Assembly: GCA_963701675.1 (NCBI GenBank)
Contig: OY969623.1
Location: 6,450,599 to 6,514,598, forward strand
Source of the DNA: an uncultured Gemmataceae bacterium
GTDB taxonomy: Bacteria; Planctomycetota; Planctomycetia; Gemmatales; Gemmataceae
Reading direction: 5' to 3'
Length of the DNA: 64,000 nt
Within the stretch, counting starts at the first letter, position 1; each line of letters begins with the position of its first letter. The translations under genes and the position numbers were made by a program. Shown here one piece after another: positions 39,030 to 47,767 of this stretch. Below the pieces are notes generated by a model. It ran no database searches, had not been told where the DNA came from, and was given only the letters and a program-made list of their open reading frames with translations.

Positions 39030-40027
39030 TCGTGTCGGATTGCTAGATCCGACGGCTTGACGCCTTTCTTGAATCCGCCGAATTTGAACGGAGACGGCCG
39101 AAACTCACCGACGATATCCACCTTGGCTCGCGCCGGTATCTGGCTTTCCATCGCCAGAGCCCAGTAGCAAGCGTTGACCAGCAACCGTCTCAATCCTTCA
39201 CTTTCCAAGTCTTGTGACGCGCCAATGGTGGACGTGAACACGCGCGCTTTCTTCCCCGATGCGGTTTGAAAAGTCTTCGTCCAGGCGATAGGCATCATGG
39301 GATCGTTTTGCTTGCCGGCCGCGGGTTTATCCGTCGCTTGCATTCCCTCCACAACCTGCCCCAGGACCAGCGGTTGGCTAACCCCCGGCAGCGGCAGCCG
39401 GACACCGTAAACGTCGGTCGGTCCCCAGATGTCGCCGTCCTCGATGCCGCGAAGGATTGGGTGGGACTCCTGGCCTTTCACCCGCAAGCCACGGGTGCTT
39501 TGTTTGCCGTGTTGTCCGTGATGGCTGATCCATTTCTCGCCGAGCACCTGCCGACCGAAACCACCTTCCCATTCGTTGCTGTTGTCGGAGTAGCGTGCAT
39601 ATTTCTTGTCGGGCTTGATGTTGAACGCATGGGTGGATGTTCGAATGCCAATGATCGGCTTGCCCGACTCCACGTAGTCGACGATGTGTTTCATTTGCTC
39701 GTCCGGCAGATCGCGGTAACGAGTGAAGATAATCATGAGGTCGGCAGACTTGAGTACGTCCAGCCCGGGAATGTTGTCGTTGATGTTCGGATTGATTGTG
39801 CCGTCCTTCGGGTCGATCGCGAACAAGACGGTGCACTTGAAGCCGTGATGTTTGGCGAGAATCTTCGCCAACTGCGGAAGCGCCTCTTCCGATCGGTATT
39901 CCTCGTCGCCGCTGATGAGGACGATGTGTTTACCCTTTCCAGGTCCCTCGCTACCGTCAACGACAAGCCACGGGTCGGCGGCGAGGAAAGACAAAAGGAT
40001 GAAGGATGAAGGATGAAGGATGAACAT
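39026..40027 (-). CDS. ThuA-like (class I glutamine amidotransferase-like) secreted protein; the signal peptide is encoded by a (GGATGAA)4 tandem heptamer
   Basis: 'HIVLISGDEEYRSEEALPQLAKIL…MIIFTR' is the ThuA core; ATG at 40027 with a GGAG RBS 8 nt upstream. Confidence 0.6.
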   Translation of the reverse strand: MFILHPSSFILLSFLAADPWLVVDGSEGPGKGKHIVLISGDEEYRSEEALPQLAKILAKHHGFKCTVLFAIDPKDGTINPNINDNIPGLDVLKSADLMIIFTRYRDLPDEQMKHIVDYVESGKPIIGIRTSTHAFNIKPDKKYARYSDNSNEWEGGFGRQVLGEKWISHHGQHGKQSTRGLRVKGQESHPILRGIEDGDIWGPTDVYGVRLPLPGVSQPLVLGQVVEGMQATDKPAAGKQNDPMMPIAWTKTFQTASGKKARVFTSTIGASQDLESEGLRRLLVNACYWALAMESQIPARAKVDIVGEFRPSPFKFGGFKKGVKPSDLAIRHD

Positions 40028-40088
40028 CAGTCGTCTCCTTTTCACGACCCGAGGGCCGTTCCGTGGCATTGTATGACGAGGCGCTGTT

Positions 40089-40499
40089 TTAGTTTGCAAG
40101 GGTGCGCGGTGTCCACGGCCAACGAGGCGGCACCAGCACAAACGTGACGAGGACGACTAAGGCAAAGGAGATATGTATGGCATTGAGTGCCTGCGTCGAG
40201 AACTCCACAAAGAGGACTTCATTCAGAAAACGTCCGATGAACGTAGCTTCGGAAACGGACTGGCCGGCGAGGCCGCGGAGGTCGTTTTCCCAGACCGTCA
40301 ACGGGCAATGGACGCCCAAAACGGCTTGCAGTCCGACGCTGGTCATGGCGATAACGTGAGCCAACCGAAACCAGAAGTTTCGGATCCAGGCCCAGCCGCG
40401 AATGGCGCCAACGATGATGACGATTTGCCCGATGCTAATGAACACCACCAAGGCGAAGTGTGCCGCGACCAACGCGTCTGCAAGGTAGCCGAACCACAT
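40089..40499 (-). CDS. DUF2784-like membrane protein
   Basis: MWFGYLADALVAAHFALVVFI…CPLT.WEN, four TM helices. Confidence 0.45.
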   Translation of the reverse strand: MWFGYLADALVAAHFALVVFISIGQIVIIVGAIRGWAWIRNFWFRLAHVIAMTSVGLQAVLGVHCPLTVWENDLRGLAGQSVSEATFIGRFLNEVLFVEFSTQALNAIHISFALVVLVTFVLVPPRWPWTPRTLAN

Positions 40500-40663
40500 G
40501 TTTGAACAACGTCCTCCCCGGCGCAATCCTCTGGAATGATCCATTCGTTGCGACGTTATTCCCGTTGCCGAACGAACCCGTAGCCGGAAAACGGGCTCCT
40601 TCTAGGAAGAGTGGTAGGATAAAGGGTCGCCAAATCCAATGATCCAACAGGACTCCGTTCGCC

Positions 40664-42232
40664 ATGACCGACGTATCGCGTTATTACTTGACCACGGCCA
40701 TCGACTATCCGAACAGCCGGCCCCACATTGGCACCGCATTCGAGAAACTCGGCGCCGATGTGCAGGCACGCTATCGCCGCATGGAAGGCTATACGGTCCA
40801 TTTCCTCATGGGGAACGACGAGAACACGATCAAGATCGCCCGGCGTGCCGCGGAGTTGAAACTCGACCCGAAGGCGTATTGCGACGACATGGCCCGGCAG
40901 TTCAAGGACGTGTGGCGGGCGCTGGAAATCAGTTACGACGATTTCATTCAAACGAGCGAGCCTCGCCATCACGCCGGATGCCAGAAGTTCATTCAAAAGG
41001 TTTACGACAACGGTCATATCTACAAGGGGACATACGAGGGGTACTACTGCGAGGGGTGTGAGGCATTTAAAACCGAGAAGGAGCTTGTGGACGGCAAGTG
41101 CCCGAATCATCAGATCCCGGTCGTGAAGCGCTCGGAGCCGTGCTACTACTTCGCGTTATCGAAGTTTCAGGACCGATTGTTGGAGTGGTACGAGCAGCAT
41201 CCCGATTTCATTCAGCCGGAGAGCCGGCGGAATGAAATCCTGAGCCTGGTGGAGAGCGGACTGCAAGATGTCAATGTAACACGGACCGGTCAGGCGTGGG
41301 GCATCCCCGTGCCGTTCGACCCGGCATATACCATCTACGTCTGGTTTGATGCCGTGTTGAACTACATTACTGGGATTGGCTACGGCACCGATGAAGAACA
41401 GTTCCGTCGCTGGTGGCCGGCCGACATTCATTTCATCGGTAAGGACATCACGCGCTTTCATTGTGCCCTCTGGCCGGCCATGTTGATGGCGGCGGATGTC
41501 GAGCCGCCGCGCTCCGTCTTCGGCCATGGCTTCGTCTACGTGAAGAAGGACGACGGCGGCGCGCTGGAAAAAATCAGTAAATCGCTCGGCAACGTCGTCG
41601 AGCCGATGGAGATCATCGAAAAGTTCAGTGCGGAAGCGTTCCGTTATTACTTCTTGCGCGAGTGTCCGTTCCCCGGCGATGGGGAGTTCAGTTGGCAACG
41701 GTTCACGGACGTGTACAACGCCGACCTGGCAAACAACCTCGGCAATCTCTATAGCCGGGTGATTACGCTCGTGACGAAAAACTTTTCCGGCCACTTGGCC
41801 GACACCGCGGGTTTAGAGCCGGGAGTCATTTACACGGAGATCGATACGCAGGCGACGGTGCAACAAGTACAGGCTCACATCGAGGCCTGTCAATATAACC
41901 AGGCGTTGGAAAAGATCTGGCGGCAAATACTCGATCCAGCCAATAAGTACGCCGACCGCACCGAGCCGTGGAAACTCGTGAAAACCGACCTCGCCGAAGG
42001 GCAGCGGGTGCTCTACGATCTGGTCGAACAACTCCGGATCGTGGCGATCTTGCTGAAGCCTTTCTTGCCGCGGTCGTCGGAGACTATCTACCGTAGCTTC
42101 AACTTTCCACAGCCCTGGGAAGAAGTTCGGCACGAGGACGTCTGGGTTCACCCACGCCAGGCGGATGACTTGCGTGTGCTGGCGGCGCTCGAAGGTGGTA
42201 AAGTGAAACCGTTGTTCCCGCGCATAGGGTGA
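40664..42232 (+). CDS. metG: methionyl-tRNA synthetase
   Basis: 'YYLTTAIDYPNSRPHIGTAFEKLGADV' (HIGH region variant), a CxxC…CxxC zinc knuckle, and 'KISKSLGN' (KMSKS). Confidence 0.9.
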   Translation: MTDVSRYYLTTAIDYPNSRPHIGTAFEKLGADVQARYRRMEGYTVHFLMGNDENTIKIARRAAELKLDPKAYCDDMARQFKDVWRALEISYDDFIQTSEPRHHAGCQKFIQKVYDNGHIYKGTYEGYYCEGCEAFKTEKELVDGKCPNHQIPVVKRSEPCYYFALSKFQDRLLEWYEQHPDFIQPESRRNEILSLVESGLQDVNVTRTGQAWGIPVPFDPAYTIYVWFDAVLNYITGIGYGTDEEQFRRWWPADIHFIGKDITRFHCALWPAMLMAADVEPPRSVFGHGFVYVKKDDGGALEKISKSLGNVVEPMEIIEKFSAEAFRYYFLRECPFPGDGEFSWQRFTDVYNADLANNLGNLYSRVITLVTKNFSGHLADTAGLEPGVIYTEIDTQATVQQVQAHIEACQYNQALEKIWRQILDPANKYADRTEPWKLVKTDLAEGQRVLYDLVEQLRIVAILLKPFLPRSSETIYRSFNFPQPWEEVRHEDVWVHPRQADDLRVLAALEGGKVKPLFPRIG

Positions 42233-42250
42233 TCAAAGGGAGACAATCAC

Positions 42251-42478
42251 ATGCCATCGGTCCCGTTAAAAGATCGGGTCGCGGCACTTGAGGCGGAAGT
42301 TGCCCAATTAAGGGCATGCCTTCACAACCGCAACCACTCTTCAGACGACTGGCTTCCCAAGATTAGTGGGACTTTCGCGAATGACCCCGATTTTGTCGAG
42401 GCGATGAAATTAGGACGCGAATGGCGCGAGTCCTTCCGGCCGAAGCCGCCGCGCCGTCGACGAAAGAAAAAGACATGA
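42251..42478 (+). CDS. type II antitoxin (coiled-coil / DUF-type VapB partner)
   Basis: Small ORF overlapping the downstream PIN gene by ATGA; 'FANDPDFVEAMKLGREWRESFR' is the typical antitoxin tail. Confidence 0.5.
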   Translation: MPSVPLKDRVAALEAEVAQLRACLHNRNHSSDDWLPKISGTFANDPDFVEAMKLGREWRESFRPKPPRRRRKKKT

Positions 42479-42900
42479 TCGTGCTCGACACTGATCACGT
42501 CACGGTGTTGGAATGGGGGACCGGCCCAGACTATGAAAGGCTCGCTAAGCGCCTTGAGAGTATTCCGCATGCGGAGAGGGCGACAACCATAATCTCATAC
42601 GAGGAGCAAACTCGCGGTTGGTTGGCATTCGTCGCAAGAGCACGGACCATGGCGCAACAAATCAATGCTTATCACAAATTGAGCAAACACCTTGATGATT
42701 ATCGCAAACTTCACGTTTTGGAGTTCACCGATGACGCTGCGGCGGAGTTCCAACGATTAACCAACATGCGGATTCGGATCGGGACACAGGATCGCAAGAT
42801 AGCCTCTATTGCGCTTGCGCATGACGCCACACTGCTATCCCGCAATCTCCGAGATTTTGAAAGAGTGGCCGGCCTGCGCGTTGAGGATTGGACTGTCTGA
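42475..42900 (+). CDS. vapC: VapC-family PIN-domain toxin
   Basis: MIVLDTDHV… (first acidic residue), '…HDATLLSRNLRDFERV' C-terminal PIN motif. Confidence 0.7.
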   Translation: MIVLDTDHVTVLEWGTGPDYERLAKRLESIPHAERATTIISYEEQTRGWLAFVARARTMAQQINAYHKLSKHLDDYRKLHVLEFTDDAAAEFQRLTNMRIRIGTQDRKIASIALAHDATLLSRNLRDFERVAGLRVEDWTV

Positions 42901-42911
42901 CCGCTGGCCGG

Positions 42912-43802
42912 CTACGCCAACCCCAAACACCGATCCATCCGCTCCGCGACATCTTTCAATTCCTTCTCGCCGCCGCCGGCGACCTCTGCAGTCGCCCAGC
43001 CGTTGTAGCCGACTTCATCACAGGCCTTCAGCACATCCGGCCAATCTTCGTCGCCTTCACCGATGGCCACCCAACCCTTGGCCTTGCTGAAGCCCTTGAA
43101 GTCGAACTTGAGCATGCGCTTGCCGAGCTTGCGAATCCAATCGCCGGATTTCACACCGTACTTGAGCATGTTGCTGCAATCAAAATAGGCGCCCACCGTC
43201 GGCGTCTTGAACTCGTCCACGTACTGGATGAGTTGCTCCGGCGTCGTGATGAAATCGTTCCACACCACCTCGACGGCGATCTGCACGCCGAGTTTGTCGG
43301 CCAGCGGAACGGCCTTACGCACTTCCTCTTGAGAGCGAGTCCACGCTTGCTCGAAGTTCTCCGTCTCCTTGTTGGAAACTTTGCCCGGCACCAGAAGGAC
43401 GGTGTCGCCGCCATAGAGCTTGCAGTCTTCGAGTGCGGTCTTGAGTCCCGCCAAGCCTCTGGCGCGCACCTCGGGGTTCGGATCGGATAGGCGCACATTC
43501 CAATGGATAGAATCGACGACGCCGTGAATGACGATGCCGGTGGCGTCGCGTGCCTTGACGGCCTCTTCCTTCTTAACGTCACTCGGGCTGTCGAGCTCCA
43601 CGCCCTGGAAGCCGAGCGCTTTGATAAGCTCGAACTTGCCTTGGATCGAGTCCTTGGTCTGGATCATGCCGTACTTGACGGCCTTCTTCAGTTTCGCCTT
43701 GTTCATCCGGCCCCATGCAGTTAGCGGGAAGCCACCCATTAGCAAGCCGGCGCTCGCAACGCCGGTTTGAATGAAGCGACGGCGGTCAACCAGTGTAATC
43801 AT
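42912..43802 (-). CDS. sugar phosphate isomerase/epimerase (xylose isomerase-like TIM barrel) with a Tat signal
   Basis: 'DRRRFIQTGVASAGLL' twin-arginine signal; AP-endonuclease-2/XylA-like TIM-barrel blocks. Confidence 0.65.
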   Translation of the reverse strand: MITLVDRRRFIQTGVASAGLLMGGFPLTAWGRMNKAKLKKAVKYGMIQTKDSIQGKFELIKALGFQGVELDSPSDVKKEEAVKARDATGIVIHGVVDSIHWNVRLSDPNPEVRARGLAGLKTALEDCKLYGGDTVLLVPGKVSNKETENFEQAWTRSQEEVRKAVPLADKLGVQIAVEVVWNDFITTPEQLIQYVDEFKTPTVGAYFDCSNMLKYGVKSGDWIRKLGKRMLKFDFKGFSKAKGWVAIGEGDEDWPDVLKACDEVGYNGWATAEVAGGGEKELKDVAERMDRCLGLA

Positions 43803-43988
43803 CGCACTGTCTCCTTCGGCATTCGTGGCGGGATTATCGGATTGCCGTAACCATCTATCATGTCTACAGTTGCATAAATCGACTTAGTAGCTTCGAAATA
43901 CTCACCCTTCTCCAACGAATAATTTATCAAAAAGAGTGTCATCAGGTGTTGGGACCTTAATGCGTTCGGTGATTTCACCGGGGAGCAT

Positions 43989-44804
43989 GTGGCCATGTGG
44001 GAGACAACGACGATTCTGTACTGGGCGATTGCGGCGGGTATTCTCATTTTGGGATTGTCGGGAATTCGAGTCGCGCAAGAATACCGGCGCGCGGTGGTGT
44101 TCCGTTTGGGCCGGTATCACTCCATTCGCGGACCGGGCTTGTACTACAACATTCCGATTATCGAATGGCAGAAGTCCGTCGATATGCGAACCGTTACGGT
44201 TGACGTGGAGCCTCAGGAAACGATCACCAAGGACTCGGTGACGATCAAGGTGAACGCGGTGTTGTGGTACCGAGTCACCGTGCCGTTCAAGGCGATTCTC
44301 GAAGTCGCGGACTTCCGGGCGGCCGTGTATCAAGTCGCCCTGACGAGCCTGCGAAACATCATCGGCCAACATGTGCTGGACGAAGTTCTGAAGGAACGGG
44401 ACAAGATCAACCTTATGCTTCGGGAGATTGTGGACCGCGATACCGACCCGTGGGGTGTCAAAGTAGAGATGATCGAGATGAAGGACGTGGAAATTCCACA
44501 GGCCATGCAACGGGCGATGGCCCGCGAGGCTGAGGCGATCCGGGAAAAGCGTGCCCGCATCATCAAGTCCGAAGCGGAACTGGAAGCCTCAGCCAAGCTG
44601 GCACAGGCTTCGGAGGTAATCACGAGGCATCCGCTGAGCTTGGAACTTCGCCGAATGCAGATGATCTCCGAAGTCGGCGCGGAGCAAAACACGACGACCA
44701 TCATCATGATGCCGTCGGAGTTCGTGTCGATGGCGAAAGGCATCGGAGATTTGCTTAAGCAAACCAGCAACGGCGTCGCCCGGGAACCCATCGCCAAAGG
44801 CTAA
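43989..44804 (+). CDS. SPFH/band-7 (stomatin/HflC-like) membrane protein
   Basis: N-terminal TM helix plus 'IRVAQEYRRAVVFRLGRY…' in the SPFH domain. Confidence 0.8.
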   Translation: MAMWETTTILYWAIAAGILILGLSGIRVAQEYRRAVVFRLGRYHSIRGPGLYYNIPIIEWQKSVDMRTVTVDVEPQETITKDSVTIKVNAVLWYRVTVPFKAILEVADFRAAVYQVALTSLRNIIGQHVLDEVLKERDKINLMLREIVDRDTDPWGVKVEMIEMKDVEIPQAMQRAMAREAEAIREKRARIIKSEAELEASAKLAQASEVITRHPLSLELRRMQMISEVGAEQNTTTIIMMPSEFVSMAKGIGDLLKQTSNGVAREPIAKG

Positions 44805-44936
44805 CTGATCGACTCCGACACGCGGGTGCCCTCAATGGCACCCGCGTTGTCGCGCGCACCATGTCACCCACTCTTCCGGATGGTTAGAATCTAAACAGGC
44901 CGGCGGATCGACTAACTTGGTGGAGTCGAGTGCCAT

Positions 44937-46151
44937 ATGTCCAGTTATTATCAATACCGATCTCCTGAACCACGGCGTCCGCGAAGCGCCACGTGGCCGG
45001 CGGTGCTACTCATCATTCTGATTGCCGTTTTGGGCGTGTTGGCACTGGATCAAGGTTTTGGTTGGCGGCTGTTTCGGCGAGCGCCGGACCTCAAGGGTTC
45101 GTTCGAACCTCGGCTAGTGGTGGCGCGGGGCGATTTTTCGTCGGATGAACAGGCCACCATCGCCGTCTACGAGCGGAATGCGCCGTCGGTTGTTCACATC
45201 AACAACCTGGCCGAGCACGAGAATTTTCTCACCTGGGATGTACAGCAAATTCCGCGGGGCTCCGGCTCCGGATTCGTCTGGGATGATAACGGGATTATCG
45301 TCACCAACGCGCACGTCGTTCAAGGGGCCGATACCGTCGAAGTCATCCTGCCGGACAAAGCGCAGACCCGCTATGTGACGCGTGACTGGGTCGCCTACCC
45401 GGACAAAGATATTGCAGTCATTTATGTCGATGCTCCCAAAGACAAGCTCCGCAAGATCCCCGCCATCGGGACATCGAGTGACTTGAAGGTTGGGCAGAAG
45501 ACGTATGCCATCGGTAATCCCTTTGGCTTGGACCAAACGCTGACGACCGGAATCGTCAGTGCGCTGAATCGTGAGATCAAGGCGGACAGTGGGCGAAGTA
45601 TCGAGAAAGTTATTCAAACCAGCGCACCAATCAATCCGGGAAACAGCGGCGGACCGCTCCTCGACGCTGAAGGCCGGGTCATCGGTGTGAATACCGCGAT
45701 ACTTAGCCCATCGGGCACCTTCGCCGGCATCGGCTTCGCCATTCCGATCGATGAGGTCAATCAGGTTGTACCGACGCTAATAGCGCGGCTCAACGAGAAC
45801 ATTCAAAACAAGTCGGGGCCTATGACCGTGCGCCCGCCCCGGCTTGGCGTCACACTGGCCCCGGAGCAATACGCTCGCAGTCAAGGTATTGACGGAGGCG
45901 CCCTCATCCTCCGGGTGGAACCACGAAGCCCGGCAGCCGAGGCAGGTCTACGTCCGACTCGACGTGATAGCAGCCGCGGCACCGTTCTTCTCGGCGACGT
46001 GATTCTTAGCATCGACGACAAGCCGGTGAAATCTCCGAGCGACATTTCCGCCATCCTTGAGGGCCGTCAATACGGCGAAAAGATCGTCGTGCAAGTGCTG
46101 CGTGGCCGACGGCAGATGGGTGTTGAAGTAACACTCACACCGTTGCGGTAG
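44937..46151 (+). CDS. HtrA/DegP-family serine protease with PDZ, membrane-anchored
   Basis: TNAHVV, GNSGGPLLD, and a C-terminal PDZ 'LGDVILSIDDKPV'. Confidence 0.8.
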   Translation: MSSYYQYRSPEPRRPRSATWPAVLLIILIAVLGVLALDQGFGWRLFRRAPDLKGSFEPRLVVARGDFSSDEQATIAVYERNAPSVVHINNLAEHENFLTWDVQQIPRGSGSGFVWDDNGIIVTNAHVVQGADTVEVILPDKAQTRYVTRDWVAYPDKDIAVIYVDAPKDKLRKIPAIGTSSDLKVGQKTYAIGNPFGLDQTLTTGIVSALNREIKADSGRSIEKVIQTSAPINPGNSGGPLLDAEGRVIGVNTAILSPSGTFAGIGFAIPIDEVNQVVPTLIARLNENIQNKSGPMTVRPPRLGVTLAPEQYARSQGIDGGALILRVEPRSPAAEAGLRPTRRDSSRGTVLLGDVILSIDDKPVKSPSDISAILEGRQYGEKIVVQVLRGRRQMGVEVTLTPLR

Positions 46152-46242
46152 TAACCGGTCCGACTTGACAGGTTAGTTCCTTCCGTGCTAAAAGCCGGTG
46201 CCGATCACCAGATAAGTAACCCGGCCCACGGATGGGCGAGCA

Positions 46243-47637
46243 ATGATCCGACGCACCAGCCAGCTCTTGAGCGCGTGGTTCCTGGTTTGGGACCTGGCGG
46301 TGACGGCCGTCGCCTGGGTTGGTTCCTATTATTTGCGCTTCGATTCCGGTTGGTTCCCCGTTCTCAAAGACACCCCGGACGTTGCTTTATGCTTGCGTAA
46401 TCTTCCCGTCACGTTACTCTGTGCCGCGCTCGCTTACCGCTGGACCGGGCAATACAAACTAAACCGGTTCCGCCGATTTCGTGAAGAACTTCTCGGCGCC
46501 ATTCAGGGCACGGGTTTGATGGTCTTGCTCGTCATGGCGACGACGTTTCTGCGGCAGGATCCTTACGAATCACGGGTCACGATGGCCATCTTTACCATCG
46601 CATCGGCGGTCGGCATTCTAACGGTGCGACGGCTAAGTTGGATGGCACTGCGCGAGCTACGAAGCCGTGGCTACAACCAGACGCGCTCGATCATTGTCGG
46701 CACGGGCCGGGTCGCGCGCCAGACGGCCCGGGCCCTACACCGCCTTAGCTGGCTCGGCATACGAAACATCGGCTACATCGAAGATCACCCAAGCCGATGG
46801 ACCGACGATCTGAATACGCTCGGCACCAGCGCCGATTTACCTGTGTTGATTCAGAAGTACCAGGTTGGACATGTTTTCATCGCGTTGCCCATGAGCCGTT
46901 ACCACGACGCTCGTCGTGTTTTCAACATTCTTTCGCAGAGCATGGTTGAGGTGCGGCTGGTCACCGACGTGCCGACTCTTTCCGGACTTTCGTTGACCAC
47001 GACGAGCTTGGACGGTTTGCCGGTGATCGGGTTGCGCGAGAGTCCGCACTTCGGACTGAACATGCTCGTCAAACGCGTCGTTGACGTGACGGTGTCATTT
47101 CTCCTTCTCATTGTGCTGGTGCCGCTCATGGCACTGCTGGCCATCCTCATTAAGCTCACCAGCCCGGGGCCGATTTTCTACGGGCAGGAGCGATGTGGAC
47201 TGAACGGCGAGGCATTCAACATGCTGAAGTTCCGCAGCATGCGCGTCGACGCGGAAGAGCAAAGCGGGGCCGTGTGGGCACAGAAGGACGACCCGCGCCG
47301 CACCCGTTTGGGCGCGTTTCTGCGCGCCACCAGCTTAGACGAGCTGCCGCAACTCATCAACGTACTCAAAGGCGACATGAGCCTGGTGGGGCCCCGTCCG
47401 GAACGTCCCGTTTTCATTCAGCGTTTTCGGAACACCATCCCGAACTACATGGCCCGCCACTCCGTCAAGGCCGGCATCACCGGATGGGCCCAGGTCCACG
47501 GTTGGCGCGGCAACACATCGCTTCGCAAACGGGTGCAGTACGATCTCTACTACATCACCCATTGGAACCCCTGGCTCGACATCCGCATCCTGTGGATGAC
47601 GCTTTTTCACGGGCTGTTCCATCGAAATGCCTACTAG
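46243..47637 (+). CDS. undecaprenyl-phosphate sugar phosphotransferase (WbaP/WcaJ-type bacterial sugar transferase)
   Basis: N-terminal TM helices and a C-terminal 'KRVVDV…LKFRSM…DELPQLINVLKGDMSLVGPRPE' domain. Confidence 0.8.
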   Translation: MIRRTSQLLSAWFLVWDLAVTAVAWVGSYYLRFDSGWFPVLKDTPDVALCLRNLPVTLLCAALAYRWTGQYKLNRFRRFREELLGAIQGTGLMVLLVMATTFLRQDPYESRVTMAIFTIASAVGILTVRRLSWMALRELRSRGYNQTRSIIVGTGRVARQTARALHRLSWLGIRNIGYIEDHPSRWTDDLNTLGTSADLPVLIQKYQVGHVFIALPMSRYHDARRVFNILSQSMVEVRLVTDVPTLSGLSLTTTSLDGLPVIGLRESPHFGLNMLVKRVVDVTVSFLLLIVLVPLMALLAILIKLTSPGPIFYGQERCGLNGEAFNMLKFRSMRVDAEEQSGAVWAQKDDPRRTRLGAFLRATSLDELPQLINVLKGDMSLVGPRPERPVFIQRFRNTIPNYMARHSVKAGITGWAQVHGWRGNTSLRKRVQYDLYYITHWNPWLDIRILWMTLFHGLFHRNAY

Positions 47638-47767
47638 CAGTTGTCAGTTGTCAGAATTCGTAGTCTCGTAACTGCAATCCATAGCGGCTAGGCACCTGCA
47701 TCCAATATCATTGGAGAAGTGTCCCAGCAACTGACAACTGACAACTGGCAACTGACAACTGCTTGAA
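47637..47767. repeat. heptamer-repeat palindrome (CAGTTGT)n…(CAACTGR)5 filling the sugar-transferase/obg intergenic space
   Basis: gcagttgtcagttgtcag … cagcaactgacaactgacaactggcaactgacaactgc; the right arm ends 5 nt before the obg ATG. Confidence 0.8.
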
